The position numbers and the translations under genes are program-made. A model generated the notes under the pieces. It was not told the DNA's origin and did no database searches. It was given only the letters and a program-made list of their open reading frames with translations. A stretch of 64,000 nt of DNA, taken from positions 174,518-238,517 of the IMG/VR virus record IMGVR_UViG_3300003375_000001; one strand, written 5' to 3'. This document shows, one piece after another, positions 1-10,732 of this stretch. Every line of letters begins with the position of its first letter. The stretch's first letter is position 1. The DNA comes from a virus. Its lineage: Duplodnaviria > Caudoviricetes.

Positions 1-338
1 TCCATATCCGCTATATTAGTTATAGCGAGTAAAGCGTTGTTACCACTATAAAAACCGTACAAGTAGGTAGGCAGGCCTACTACTTCAAAGGATATAGATT
101 CCTCGTCTGCGGTATAGGATACGCCTAAGCTGTTCCATTCAACTCCCTGGCCTTCTCCTCCTAGATGTTCAACTGGCGAGTTGGTATACATGTGAACAGC
201 GGTAGGGCCGCGGCTCCACTTGTTCGTGGTAATGTAGTGAGCGTGGGCATTATCACCAACAATAGACCTTGACGCGGGAAGTACAAACGGTTTGTCAGTA
301 TACAGGGTTAGATAAAATAAGAAGGTGTTGTCAGGCAT
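1..338 (-). CDS. Hypothetical protein, N-terminal part (runs off window edge)
   Basis: Manual translation MPDNTFLFYLTLYTDKPF... stays open to base 1; ATG overlaps the polymerase stop (ATGCCTGA, 8 nt). Not in the supplied ORF track. Confidence 0.7.
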   Translation of the reverse strand, partial: MPDNTFLFYLTLYTDKPFVLPASRSIVGDNAHAHYITTNKWSRGPTAVHMYTNSPVEHLGGEGQGVEWNSLGVSYTADEESISFEVVGLPTYLYGFYSGNNALLAITNIADM

Positions 339-3300
339 ACTTTGTAGCCTTTCTATAGCTCTTGTCATTAACAGCATCATTGGACTCGGGGAGCTTGTAC
401 TTGGCAGCGAGCTTAATAAGTCTACGTTCTACCTCTTTGTCCTTAACTGCTAACAGGGGATAATTGTCAATAAGGTATCTTCGTTTTTCTGGGTCGTTAA
501 GTGGAGCAAAGATAGTGGCAAGAACTTTAGCTCTATGCTTGGCGGGTAGAATATTTAGCTTGATCTGATCGTCAACGGCTGCTTCTATTACTGCGCCTAA
601 GCTACTATCAGGTGACTTGCTATCTTCCAGAGCTTTAGCCGTACGTTGCTGAATTACTTGCCAGTCCCATTTGTGAGAGTTGTCTTCCGAAGCCGATACT
701 TCCAGTTCGATTTCAGGCTCTATATTCATCTTCCATCCGAACTCTTCCTCATAGTACTGAGCAAGCCCATGTGTGGCCATATGGCTCTTTATAAGGAGAG
801 AAGGAATCACCAAGTAGTAAGGCTGTAGGTAGTAGTTAGCATCATGGACTGGTTTTTGGTAGTGAGGCCATAGCTTAGGGTTTTCCAAGTCGTAGCCAAA
901 CTGCCTCATATACTTGTCTATCTCTCTGAGCACAAGGTAACCCGAGGTAGAGCCTGCTTCAGATGCGATACCTTGAATAGGAGAGTTCTTAGCCCGACGA
1001 CTAGCGTCAGCAACGAACTTAGGCTTCTCGGTAATGACCCGCCATATATTGCGACGCCGGCCTAGGTTTGATATCAACCACTGCTTCTCTTCTACCGAGT
1101 CAACGCAATAGTCAATGAACTCCTTGCCCTTGCTGAAAGCCTCAAACATTTTGTCGATGATCTCTTGAGCATATTCCTTATCCTTCTTCAGGTCACGAGC
1201 AAGTGTGGCTGAAGATTTTCCGTATAAAACCCCGAATATTATTTGCTTAATGGAATCTCGTAAAGGATCAGACTTCTCAATCCACTTACCAAAAAACCGG
1301 AAGACGTTCTGAATGTGAAGGTCACCTTTTGTCTTAAGCTGCTTAACTAGTTCCTCTATAGTGGAAGCGACAGCCACCAGAAGTTCTTTTCTCAGGGCCT
1401 GACCTGCTCTGAAACTCTCAGCTAGAGCAGGGTCATTAGCCATTAGTCCCCAAAACCTTACTTCGTTAGCGGAGAAGTCCCACTTAACTTGGAGATAGCC
1501 TAGAGGCGCCGTAAACATGCGCTTAATGTACTTGGCTGAAGGCCCACGAGAGGGCACCTGCTGTAGTGAAGGTTTAAATGAATTTAGACGACCAGTAACT
1601 ACATTGAAGAAACCAAAAGATGGACGAAGACAATGGTCCAAAGCAGAGTCAACGCTCTTAACGATCTGGTTGTACCACCCCTTAACGTAGGTAGATAAGA
1701 GCTTGGCAGCTTTACCTCGTTCTTCATAAAGCTTGACTTCAGGGTAATTATCAGAATAGGTCTTAAGGAATAGTTTGTCAATAGCAGGTTTGCCTGTAGA
1801 CGTAGTAGACACGGGGTCTAGGCCCATCACAGTAAAGAACAGCATGGCCTTGTGGTCAGGCTTGTTAGGCTCGAATACAAACTGTGTCTTACCAAACAGC
1901 GAACTACCCTGAACGTTCTTTTCCTTTAGTAGCCTCTTGTTAGCCTCTATGACGTTAGGGGACTTCTTTAGTTCTGCGTCAACATCTTGAATCACCTTCA
2001 AAAGAGGTGATTCCTTACTCATAAGAAATTGCAAGTAGTCGGTGTCAAGATGAGAGCCTGACTGATGGTTATGGCTGATACCTAATACGGTATTCGACAT
2101 CTGCTTAGAAACATGCCGATAGTAAAACTTTTCATAAGTCTTACCTGGAGATAACTTGATTCGTCTAGCCCTAGCCAGTTGTTGCCGACGAATACCTAGT
2201 ACGGACTGGGTATCTGCAACACAGTAGTTTTGCGCGGGTACGTCTTTAAGGATATCAACGTGCCCGATTGTGCTCCGTTGTTCTTTTGAAAACGAGGCCG
2301 TGTAATAGTAGTCGTTACCGTAGTGACAGAAAAGATTACGTAGGTTACCCATCGTCGTCTTTTCACGAACTCCACCTCCAGTGTCAAACTTGAAGCGGTC
2401 CATTAGACCCACGTTTTCATCCAGAAGTACTTCACCAGCAGTCACGTCCCATACCTTGTGGTATAGATAGGGTATCTTAAGCTTAGCCCGGATAACGCGA
2501 GTGTCAAAGGCTAGGTTAGTACCAACAAACTCCTTGACCTTCTTGTTTGTGGCAAAGAACTTGCGGAGCTTACCTTCTATGTACTCTAACTCTTCCTCGT
2601 TGAAACACGTCTTAGGATGACGCCAAGGAAGTAGAAAACCTTCTGTCTCGTCAAAGGAAAACTGAGCAGTGTAGATTGTGTTATGCTCACTTTCAAGATT
2701 CTCTGTTTCTAAGTCAAAGCCTATTGGTTCCTCTGTTTTGACCAATCTACTAAATAGTACGTCAAACTTTTCGATGGTATCAACTACCGTACACTTAGGC
2801 TTTATGTGAGATAAGTCGTGAAGGTGTTTGCCGGCAAAGGCATTCATCAGGTTACGGGCAACGAAGTACAGTAAGTCGGCTGCTCCTGACACGTCGTCAA
2901 AGTCTGATTCGTCATCGTCTATAGTAGCACCGCCCGGATTATACAAACTCTCAAGGTCGAGAGTAGTAGTTACCTTGGCCTCTGTTTCGCCGAAGGTACA
3001 AGTGTGTACCCAGCCTCTCTTATACTGAAAGTTGTCTACTTGATGGCCTATAAGATTGCTAGCAGCCGCGTCACCCATAATGATGACATCCGTCGGCTTT
3101 AGCCTATCTATTATTTGAGTTACGCGCTTTGAGCACGCACGTTCTGCGTTCAGCCTGTCCGTACCTTTCTTGTGGTAGAACTTAGCTGCGTTAAAGTTAA
3201 CGACGGCGATGGAAGCCTCAAAGTCTTTAGGCTCCTTAAAGTATTCTTGGAGAAGACCCCAGGCTGCTTGATTCACGTTGGTAAACGTGGGAATCATTGC

Positions 3301-3582
3301 GTTTGCTTCGTGGTTCTTTATTTTGAGGCTATGGAACAACTCACCATTCTTTATGTCAATAGAATCCATAGACTCAAGGACATAAAGAATACGGCGTTTT
3401 GCCGTTTTCCAAGTAGAGTGAACTTTGGGAACAATCTCGTATCCGTCTTCAATTGCGAGACGGCTAAATGACTCTACAGGTGTTAGCTGACTAACGAGGC
3501 GTTTGAAGGAAGGCATATGGATGTAAGGGAGAAGCCTGCTGATACTGCGATTAACAGTAGGAGCAGGCTTCAGGTTAGGCAA
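331..3582 (-). CDS. polA: Family A DNA polymerase with 3'-5' exonuclease and N-terminal UDG-like domain
   Basis: ExoI GFDLETE, ExoII NLAFD, ExoIII YCVAD; motif A DFSANEVR, motif B KQIIFGVLYG, motif C VHDA; TGRLNSFKPSLQQVP. True start may be M23 (3516). Confidence 0.95.
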   Translation of the reverse strand: MPNLKPAPTVNRSISRLLPYIHMPSFKRLVSQLTPVESFSRLAIEDGYEIVPKVHSTWKTAKRRILYVLESMDSIDIKNGELFHSLKIKNHEANAMIPTFTNVNQAAWGLLQEYFKEPKDFEASIAVVNFNAAKFYHKKGTDRLNAERACSKRVTQIIDRLKPTDVIIMGDAAASNLIGHQVDNFQYKRGWVHTCTFGETEAKVTTTLDLESLYNPGGATIDDDESDFDDVSGAADLLYFVARNLMNAFAGKHLHDLSHIKPKCTVVDTIEKFDVLFSRLVKTEEPIGFDLETENLESEHNTIYTAQFSFDETEGFLLPWRHPKTCFNEEELEYIEGKLRKFFATNKKVKEFVGTNLAFDTRVIRAKLKIPYLYHKVWDVTAGEVLLDENVGLMDRFKFDTGGGVREKTTMGNLRNLFCHYGNDYYYTASFSKEQRSTIGHVDILKDVPAQNYCVADTQSVLGIRRQQLARARRIKLSPGKTYEKFYYRHVSKQMSNTVLGISHNHQSGSHLDTDYLQFLMSKESPLLKVIQDVDAELKKSPNVIEANKRLLKEKNVQGSSLFGKTQFVFEPNKPDHKAMLFFTVMGLDPVSTTSTGKPAIDKLFLKTYSDNYPEVKLYEERGKAAKLLSTYVKGWYNQIVKSVDSALDHCLRPSFGFFNVVTGRLNSFKPSLQQVPSRGPSAKYIKRMFTAPLGYLQVKWDFSANEVRFWGLMANDPALAESFRAGQALRKELLVAVASTIEELVKQLKTKGDLHIQNVFRFFGKWIEKSDPLRDSIKQIIFGVLYGKSSATLARDLKKDKEYAQEIIDKMFEAFSKGKEFIDYCVDSVEEKQWLISNLGRRRNIWRVITEKPKFVADASRRAKNSPIQGIASEAGSTSGYLVLREIDKYMRQFGYDLENPKLWPHYQKPVHDANYYLQPYYLVIPSLLIKSHMATHGLAQYYEEEFGWKMNIEPEIELEVSASEDNSHKWDWQVIQQRTAKALEDSKSPDSSLGAVIEAAVDDQIKLNILPAKHRAKVLATIFAPLNDPEKRRYLIDNYPLLAVKDKEVERRLIKLAAKYKLPESNDAVNDKSYRKATKYA

Positions 3583-3961
3583 AGGACATAGTTACAGTGG
3601 CAGGGCTAGTACCTGTAAATGTGAACCTTACCGCAGTGGGCACTTGCAGAGCAGGGTCTTGCGCAGGTGTATCGGCTGTCATACTGGCTAAGGCCGTACG
3701 CCAGTGATACTGAGCTGGACCGCCTTCAGAGTCTTGGAGAATACGATCTGCGTTTAGAGCAGACTGGGTAATCTCTATCTTGACATTTGCAGCACCAGCA
3801 CCGTATGACATAAAGGTGGGGACGCGTTCTAGCGGACGAACCATGCTAGTAACAGGTACTACTACGATGGAGCCTGTAGAGGCTGTACCGTCATACCCGA
3901 TATCTATCATTTGACTTCCAGAAGGACGGGCCCTGGAAGTACGTTTAACGATTATGGACAT
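3575..3961 (-). CDS. Hypothetical protein (beta-rich, possibly virion)
   Basis: 128 aa; overlaps the polymerase start; operon context. Confidence 0.7.
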   Translation of the reverse strand: MSIIVKRTSRARPSGSQMIDIGYDGTASTGSIVVVPVTSMVRPLERVPTFMSYGAGAANVKIEITQSALNADRILQDSEGGPAQYHWRTALASMTADTPAQDPALQVPTAVRFTFTGTSPATVTMSFA

Positions 3962-3964
3962 AGG

Positions 3965-4564
3965 TTAGACTGCAGGTGTAGGCGTAGGGGTGTCTGTTGG
4001 AGGAGTAGCCGTAGCAGTTGTGTCTGTTGGAGGCGTCGTTGTAGCCGCCGCATCTGTAGATGGTGTCGTTTCTGTTGGAGGCGTAGCCGTAGCAGTTGTG
4101 TCTGTAGTAGTGTCAACTGGTGGTGCAGGTGAGTCAATAACCGGAGGCACTGTAGCGTCAGTTAGAGGCACGATAGTGTCTAACACGGGGTCGGCGGGGT
4201 GACCTTCTTGCGCGTCTATGGCTATAGAATCTGCTTCCAAGGAGGCCTCTACTTCTGCAAACTTTTCAGTATCAGCTGGTGGCACGTACAAAGCGGCGAT
4301 ATCAACGTTACCCGTTGTAGCTGCTTGGATTGCGTCAATACTAACTTTAACGAACCCTTCATCCTGTAGCATAGCTATAACGGCATCCGGAAGAATATCC
4401 AAGTTTTCGATGGACATGGCGGCTGTTTCTCTGCTGATACCACCATAGTAATTAAGGATACCTGCGTAAGAAACGAAGTCCTGTGCTGTTAGCTGTTCGG
4501 TAAGCTCTGGGGAAGTGGTCGCGTTCAAACGAATCAGAGCGTTTTTAATGATGATGGCTGACAT
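3965..4564 (-). CDS. Hypothetical protein with Thr/Pro-rich repeated C-terminal tail
   Basis: 199 aa; tail TTDTTATATPPTETT...TDTTATATPPTD is encoded by DNA direct repeats at about 3990-4105. Confidence 0.75.
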   Translation of the reverse strand: MSAIIIKNALIRLNATTSPELTEQLTAQDFVSYAGILNYYGGISRETAAMSIENLDILPDAVIAMLQDEGFVKVSIDAIQAATTGNVDIAALYVPPADTEKFAEVEASLEADSIAIDAQEGHPADPVLDTIVPLTDATVPPVIDSPAPPVDTTTDTTATATPPTETTPSTDAAATTTPPTDTTATATPPTDTPTPTPAV

Positions 4565-4627
4565 AGTAGTCCTTTGCTAGGTAAATGCTAGGTGATGTCT
4601 GTTTGAATACCACCTAGCGGTTTGTGA

Positions 4628-7600
4628 TTACTTGAGCTGAATGCCCGTATACAACTGAGGAGATACCTTTTGAAGTCGCTTACGTTCCTTCTTGAGGTCT
4701 TCAATGTTAGTGATGACAAACCCTTTCTTTATCATCAGAGCCAAGTGATGGTCTAGTTTAGCCAAGTTAGACACCGTACCGTAAAGTTGATTTTTGGTGT
4801 CGGCCTTGTAGAAACGAACACCTGGAACCTTAACCTTGTTGATAGCCTTCATTGTTGCAGGGTGACCTAACAACGGCATAGCCACATATACTTGATCTTC
4901 GTATATCAGTGGATAAGGGAACAGCAGAGACATGTCAGCATTGGCCTTGTGCTGCATTTGGAAGAACGACCTTACAGTAGCATCTGTTGCCATGCCAAAC
5001 TGGTGCACCGCGTTCTTTCTTTGCTTCATCCAACGCTGATAAACGTTCTTACAAGCATTGTTAGACTTGGCATCGAAAGTAAACCCCGCGTCTGTCCAAG
5101 CCTTGAACAGCTTGAACATATGCTGAGGCGTCTTCATGACAGCGTACATATAAGGCTGAGGCTGGGTGAAGCCGATACCTTCAAGAGCGCGAGCACCACC
5201 CGGGTTCTTTTCAACGCCATCAAACTCTAGGTTTATGAAGTCATTGACCACTGTAATTTCCAGAGCAACGTGGATGCGCTCGTCTGTGTCTTCAGCCTTC
5301 TTCTTGGGGATAACAACCTCGGTTGCGTTCTTTACCTGGATGTCATATGGAACATCGAAAGGGATGTCACCTGACTCTTTGAGAATCAGTGTACGCATGT
5401 CACCGTGGTTAGTCTGCGCTCTATTGATAACGAAAGCGGCAAGCTTGTTAACTACGACCTTGTTACCACTAGACAATTCGATGCGTAAGGCCCTCTTACT
5501 TAGGCCCACGATCTGACCATCGCCATACTCCGTGTGAACCCAGAAGTTAGAGACCTTGTTGAATTCTGCGCGACTAAGCTCTTTCTGCGCAATGGACTCT
5601 TTTTCTTCTCCTTCGTCCTCGTCATCCTCTTCAGAGTCGTCCAAGTCCTGCATAAGAAACTGATCGTAACGAACAAGCCCCAACTCCTCAGCCTTGTATA
5701 TGTCAAGACCTGGCACATAAGGGACTCTATACATCAGCTTAGAATTAGGCAAGTTGGGTGCGCGCACAATTGGGGTCATGCGGCAGGAGCCGTCTTCGTT
5801 CATGTCTTCCGGATGTTGCTCCCGATACGCGGCGTAGTCCTTGAACTGAGCTACGTGCATTGCCGTGTATGCTTCAAATGCAGGGCGCAGCTCATCGGCA
5901 GTAGTTTCGTTCGACCTAGCAATAACGTCTAGAGTCATCGGAAACAGGTCAGGGCTAGGAACGTTCTCATCACTGTATAGAGGGTTACCCGCTTCCTCGA
6001 ACTTAGTGATAACAACCTTCTTAGATACCAGGTAGGCTAGCTTGGTAACGTCGATTGTTCCAGCTGCGATGACCCAGTCTATGTATATGAACTTGCGCTC
6101 TTCCTTGACCTTGATGTTAGGTCTGCCAATACGGGAGTTACCTTGTTCAAGAGCACCAGGCGTCCAAACGGAATCAACACGAATTAGCCTAGAGCAATTG
6201 TGAACTAGAACTGGTATAGCAACGTCAGCTTTACCTTCTGTAGTGCCACACGCAAAGAAGTTATGGTTTCCTTCTACTTCAAGGTCATACTTATAGTCAC
6301 CAATGACTTTAGCACTATGCAAAGGTGTGATAGCATTAACGGTAAGATAGTGGTTGTTTATAAAGGAATCCAGTCTAGCGTGAACTTTCTCTAGACCTTC
6401 GCTATCGTAACAGGCATCAGCTTCTATAATAAGACACTCTATACCCTTGTCAGCATAGGCTTTTATTAGCTTACGATCATGTACTTTACCTCTCTTTGTA
6501 TATTGGCGAGCACCAATAACCTCAACGACACGCAAAGAACGACCCTTGGAGCTAGTGTGCTCGGTAGAAATAAAGTCTGGATTTTTAACTACGCGTTGTC
6601 CGTCGATTTCAAGGGAAACGAAGTACTGACCGTCGCCCACGTACTTCAAGCCAGGTATTTCAAGCGAAATTACATTACGCTCAGGCTTATTAGGAAGTGT
6701 TCCTTGAGCCTTTAGCATGGCGCGTACGCCTTTGGCTGTAAAAGAAGGATCTGTGGCGTGACGGGCCTTTACTATAGAACTACGGAGCTTACGTGACGCA
6801 GGCTTCAGACACGCGTCCGATATAGCATTACCCCAGTCAACGTCTTCGCCTGTTTCACGTTTGGCTTCCCAAATACCTTTTGATACAACACTCCGGGCCT
6901 CTCGATTTTCTTGGATTTCCCAGTAGGCATTTCTGCGTTTGGAAATAAGTTCTCGATAAGCAGCGTCTTTCCAATTAGCTTTAGACCTCTTAGACATAGC
7001 CTTACGGGCTTCATCTGTAGAGCAAGCTTTTGCTATGGCTGCACCTACAACCTTCTTATAAACGTCGTCTGCCCAAAGTGCTCTTAGTCTATTACTGTGG
7101 GCTGCGCGGCGCACAGGATCTTTCCATGCTTTTTTGCCCCCTTCCGTTGTTCTCTTACGCGCAGCCTTACCTGCGGGCATGGTCTCAAACGCTTTACGCT
7201 TGGCTACGATTAGTTCCCTGTAAGTATCGTCCTCCCAACGCGTGGTAGCATGAAACACTTGAGTTTGCTTATAGTTTGCAAATTTCTCTGTATCAATACC
7301 ATGCACGGTTGCTCTGTGCTTGTTTAATCCAGGACCTGGGCGGAAAATATAGCCGCACTCTGCGCACGCCACGTTCTTTACCTGACCTCTTGGGATAAAC
7401 GAGCCGTCTGCGTCCAGTTTGAGCTGATCAAATTTACGGCCGTAAGTAATAAGCTGGTCACCTACTTTAAGGTCTTTGGCTTGAACTTCCTTACCGCCTT
7501 TCAAAAAGAAAGTATGGTTGTCCGTACACTTTACCTGTGCCCGTTCACCTGACTTATTGTCCTGTGTGGACACGCTAACAAACTTGTCCTTATCACGTAC

Positions 7601-10600
7601 TTTGGTACGGATCTTTCGAAGAATCTTACGAGGTTCTATCTTCTTAGTTTCCAAGTCATAAGACAGAACTTCTGTGATGGCGTCGTTCTCGTAAATATCC
7701 TTAATAGGCAATGACGTTTTACGATCAATCAGAACAGGTGTGTCCGCTGTGAAGCAGAATTGAAGGTTCAAGCCCGTGTTCATAGAAACTTCAACACCCA
7801 CCATAATTTTCTTGTTGGGGTTGGTTTCAAACTCGGCTCCGCACTCAGCCTTGTTAGAAGCCGTATACAGAATTGCTTGGGCTTTAAGCTCTGGAGGTAA
7901 GCACTCGAAGATAGTCTGAGCCGACTGATTGTAGTTACAGAAAATCAGTACCTTACCTGGCGTATTACTATCCAGGTGCTTCTTAACCAGTTCAATTACT
8001 TTAAGAACCTTAGGGCTGACTCGGTCTTCACCTTCCAGCATAACTGTAGCCAGAGGGTCGGCGGCTGGAGATATAACGTAGCGTTCTAGTCGTTGCAGAT
8101 AGGGCTTGAGCAGGCTATCGATGTCAAGATCGTCTGCATTGGACTCCTCGTCTTCACCGTCCTCTGATTGCCCCGTAAGCAAGAACCTCAGTGCCTTATT
8201 CTTAGACATCTCCTCTTGAATAAGCAAGGTTACTTCTTCAAGAATAGACTTGTAGACGTGTTGTTGTTTAGGTGTCAAAGACACCATGTGCGTATTTTCT
8301 TTCAGCAGAGGCAAGAAGGCAGCCCACTCTTTACGTTTAGCGTTAACCACTACCACGCTAGACTTAAGACGAGACATAATGTCGTTTTCCGCACCTGGCT
8401 TCCACGACATGACCTTGTTGCCACGAACGTCATCGGCATACTTATTGATGAAGTCTGCTTGACTACCAAAGATGGAAGGATCAAACAAACTCACCTGCTT
8501 AACCAAGTCCATCAGGCTGTTAGGCGTAACGGTACCAGAGGCTAAACGTTTGTAAGGGATATCGGAGATAAGACGAGCTACCGCGTTCTGACGGCCTGTT
8601 GTGCCCTTCAAGTAATGGGACTCATCGCAAGCCACGTAGTCAAACTTGAACTTGCGCAGCATTTCGACAACAGGAAACACATTGGTAGGAGCTACGCCAT
8701 AACCAATCGGCGTCTTTTTACTCTTACCATTACCAATGTTATAGTCTGTCACAACCACAGTATTAACGGGGGCTGTGCGGATCATCTGTTCCAGACCACT
8801 CAGGCCATGGCGACGAGGACTCATAGTATAGCTATTCACCGCGATCACGTTAACGCGACCTTCAGTGAAGTACACGAACTCCTTGACGTACTGGCCTACA
8901 AGGTGTGAAGGGCACATGATAAGGACACGGTGTACGTGACCTAACTTCATTTCCTTCAGCGCGTCTGTCAGAATCATTGTGGTCTTACCACCACCTGCGC
9001 TAACTGCTAAGATAGCAAACTCTGGAGAATTCCTAAGAACGTTTTGAGCACGAACTTGGTGAGGCATTAAGCCTTTGCCTTCACCCACAAAAGGAATAGA
9101 CTCGCCTTGGTAGTTGGCATCTACACCTTGGTGCTCATACTTTTTACGAGCCTCACGGTCTGTCGAAAACGTAGTTTCGATATCCTTTCCGTACAGCTCT
9201 GCTATCTTAGTTACCGCCACAACGCTACACACGGTTTGAACCGTGTAGGCTATGCACAATGTCTCAAACGAGGTGGCAGCCAGTTCGTTAACAAGAGCGA
9301 TAGCTTCCCAAATAGCCTTCTTACTATTGAGGTTAGTCTCCACAGTGAGAATGTCGGCGAAGGTGATATCACTGGGTTCTGTCTCAGCCTCGTCGTCTCT
9401 AGCCCTAATCGTTTCTACCATTACGGGCAAAAGCGTTTTCAGGTCTGGCATAGGAGTTTTCACATTGCCATTGCCTGTTGACACTGATCGCAATAGAGTA
9501 TAGGCATTGCCTCCGCGTTCACCGTTCACTGGCTGACGAAGCAGGCGGGCCGCGTGAGTTGCATTAACCGGATACGAGCGATCAAGAGACTTGACCATCA
9601 ACTTACCATCACGGTTAGAATAGGCAAACTTCAGGTTAACCCAGTCGGTAAATATAGGCTGTGACGGTGGAAACTGCTTACGTTCCGTAGTCTTGTCAAG
9701 AGGTATGGCACATAGCACACCGTCTGCCTGAGACAAGGCAGCTCTAAGCTCCGAGTCATACTTACCTACGTTGTTTGACTCTTGAGGTATGTACCATAGA
9801 TCCGCGTTTTCGTCTATGAGAATACCGTGTTCATTCGCGCGAGACTCACCCTTTACGCCTTGAATAGACTGAGCTATAGACGATAAGGGGAGTGCAAACT
9901 TTGGAGGGTCACGGAAGTAGCCTAGGCGGCCGTCAATCCATTCACGGATAAGACCATAGAAGTCAATTGGTCGAATCTGCATCCAAGGTGTCTGACACAA
10001 GTATTCTGCTTGCATTGACGTTACTTCGAACGTCAAAAAGGTTGTGACCTGTTCGCCTACAACTGCTATGGACACTTGACCGTTGTTCAAACCCTTAAGT
10101 GCCGCAAGATAAGCAGTCTTGAAGATACCTCCAGTATCGCGGAGAGACTCGACGGACTGGGTATGCGTTACTTGGATAGTCACAGTTTCGTTAGGGAACT
10201 GAGGTGTCAACGAAACCGCTGGATCAGTATATAGACCTTCTGGCTGGTCATTACCACAGAATATTTGCTTCAGTTTTTCTGTCCAGGTGCTGGCCCCTTC
10301 AAGAGGCATAGTGAACACAGGAACAGACACTTCAAACGTGTTGTTGAGCTTCTTTACCTTTACAAGGCTAGACGCAGCGGAATCAGTCCAGAACTCTGCT
10401 AGCTGATTGATAGCCTTGTTGTACTGCGCGCGATCACGACCAGAAGGTGGACGTTGAACCAGTTGAGGATATAGGACAGCCGTAGTGAAAGCAGCCCAAG
10501 ACCAGCGAGAATTCTTGATCCTGTTGTTATACAGGAACATGAACCCCGTTTTCATGTCTAAGGCACGCACGAAGGCAGGGTTAGAGAACGCGGGGTCTGC

Positions 10601-10723
10601 CTTCAGCGTAGAAACAGGCCGTTCAGACGAAGCCTTGACAACATAGTTGCGTGCTATCTGACGTGCCATTTCCATGACACGGTCTGACCGCGCCACGGAC
10701 TGAGGTTTGATTAGGATTTTCAT
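4628..10723 (-). CDS. SNF2-family (SF2) helicase/ATPase precursor with one intein
   Basis: Q motif LMPHQ, Walker A AGGGKT, Walker B CDESH, motif III SGT, motif VI QGNSRIGR; intein in motif V (TGLNLQF|CSRLI). About 1511 aa after splicing. Confidence 0.92.
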   Translation of the reverse strand: MKILIKPQSVARSDRVMEMARQIARNYVVKASSERPVSTLKADPAFSNPAFVRALDMKTGFMFLYNNRIKNSRWSWAAFTTAVLYPQLVQRPPSGRDRAQYNKAINQLAEFWTDSAASSLVKVKKLNNTFEVSVPVFTMPLEGASTWTEKLKQIFCGNDQPEGLYTDPAVSLTPQFPNETVTIQVTHTQSVESLRDTGGIFKTAYLAALKGLNNGQVSIAVVGEQVTTFLTFEVTSMQAEYLCQTPWMQIRPIDFYGLIREWIDGRLGYFRDPPKFALPLSSIAQSIQGVKGESRANEHGILIDENADLWYIPQESNNVGKYDSELRAALSQADGVLCAIPLDKTTERKQFPPSQPIFTDWVNLKFAYSNRDGKLMVKSLDRSYPVNATHAARLLRQPVNGERGGNAYTLLRSVSTGNGNVKTPMPDLKTLLPVMVETIRARDDEAETEPSDITFADILTVETNLNSKKAIWEAIALVNELAATSFETLCIAYTVQTVCSVVAVTKIAELYGKDIETTFSTDREARKKYEHQGVDANYQGESIPFVGEGKGLMPHQVRAQNVLRNSPEFAILAVSAGGGKTTMILTDALKEMKLGHVHRVLIMCPSHLVGQYVKEFVYFTEGRVNVIAVNSYTMSPRRHGLSGLEQMIRTAPVNTVVVTDYNIGNGKSKKTPIGYGVAPTNVFPVVEMLRKFKFDYVACDESHYLKGTTGRQNAVARLISDIPYKRLASGTVTPNSLMDLVKQVSLFDPSIFGSQADFINKYADDVRGNKVMSWKPGAENDIMSRLKSSVVVVNAKRKEWAAFLPLLKENTHMVSLTPKQQHVYKSILEEVTLLIQEEMSKNKALRFLLTGQSEDGEDEESNADDLDIDSLLKPYLQRLERYVISPAADPLATVMLEGEDRVSPKVLKVIELVKKHLDSNTPGKVLIFCNYNQSAQTIFECLPPELKAQAILYTASNKAECGAEFETNPNKKIMVGVEVSMNTGLNLQFCFTADTPVLIDRKTSLPIKDIYENDAITEVLSYDLETKKIEPRKILRKIRTKVRDKDKFVSVSTQDNKSGERAQVKCTDNHTFFLKGGKEVQAKDLKVGDQLITYGRKFDQLKLDADGSFIPRGQVKNVACAECGYIFRPGPGLNKHRATVHGIDTEKFANYKQTQVFHATTRWEDDTYRELIVAKRKAFETMPAGKAARKRTTEGGKKAWKDPVRRAAHSNRLRALWADDVYKKVVGAAIAKACSTDEARKAMSKRSKANWKDAAYRELISKRRNAYWEIQENREARSVVSKGIWEAKRETGEDVDWGNAISDACLKPASRKLRSSIVKARHATDPSFTAKGVRAMLKAQGTLPNKPERNVISLEIPGLKYVGDGQYFVSLEIDGQRVVKNPDFISTEHTSSKGRSLRVVEVIGARQYTKRGKVHDRKLIKAYADKGIECLIIEADACYDSEGLEKVHARLDSFINNHYLTVNAITPLHSAKVIGDYKYDLEVEGNHNFFACGTTEGKADVAIPVLVHNCSRLIRVDSVWTPGALEQGNSRIGRPNIKVKEERKFIYIDWVIAAGTIDVTKLAYLVSKKVVITKFEEAGNPLYSDENVPSPDLFPMTLDVIARSNETTADELRPAFEAYTAMHVAQFKDYAAYREQHPEDMNEDGSCRMTPIVRAPNLPNSKLMYRVPYVPGLDIYKAEELGLVRYDQFLMQDLDDSEEDDEDEGEEKESIAQKELSRAEFNKVSNFWVHTEYGDGQIVGLSKRALRIELSSGNKVVVNKLAAFVINRAQTNHGDMRTLILKESGDIPFDVPYDIQVKNATEVVIPKKKAEDTDERIHVALEITVVNDFINLEFDGVEKNPGGARALEGIGFTQPQPYMYAVMKTPQHMFKLFKAWTDAGFTFDAKSNNACKNVYQRWMKQRKNAVHQFGMATDATVRSFFQMQHKANADMSLLFPYPLIYEDQVYVAMPLLGHPATMKAINKVKVPGVRFYKADTKNQLYGTVSNLAKLDHHLALMIKKGFVITNIEDLKKERKRLQKVSPQLYTGIQLK
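6197..7756 (-). mobile_element. 520-aa intein in SNF2 helicase with zinc finger and PD-(D/E)xK-type nuclease
   Basis: Begins CFTADTPV, block B KCTDNHTF, block F YDLEVEGNHNFFA, ends VLVHN with +1 Cys; internal CAEC...H...H finger and NPDFI...VVEV nuclease-like motif. Confidence 0.93.
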
Positions 10724-10732
10724 TTGTATGAA

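Noticed and set aside
3911-4448. Antisense and alternate-frame ORFs over the Thr/Pro repeat; likewise 19603-20172, 53617-54210 and 28755-28997
   Set aside because: Shadow ORFs produced by low-complexity codon usage of the real minus-strand genes.
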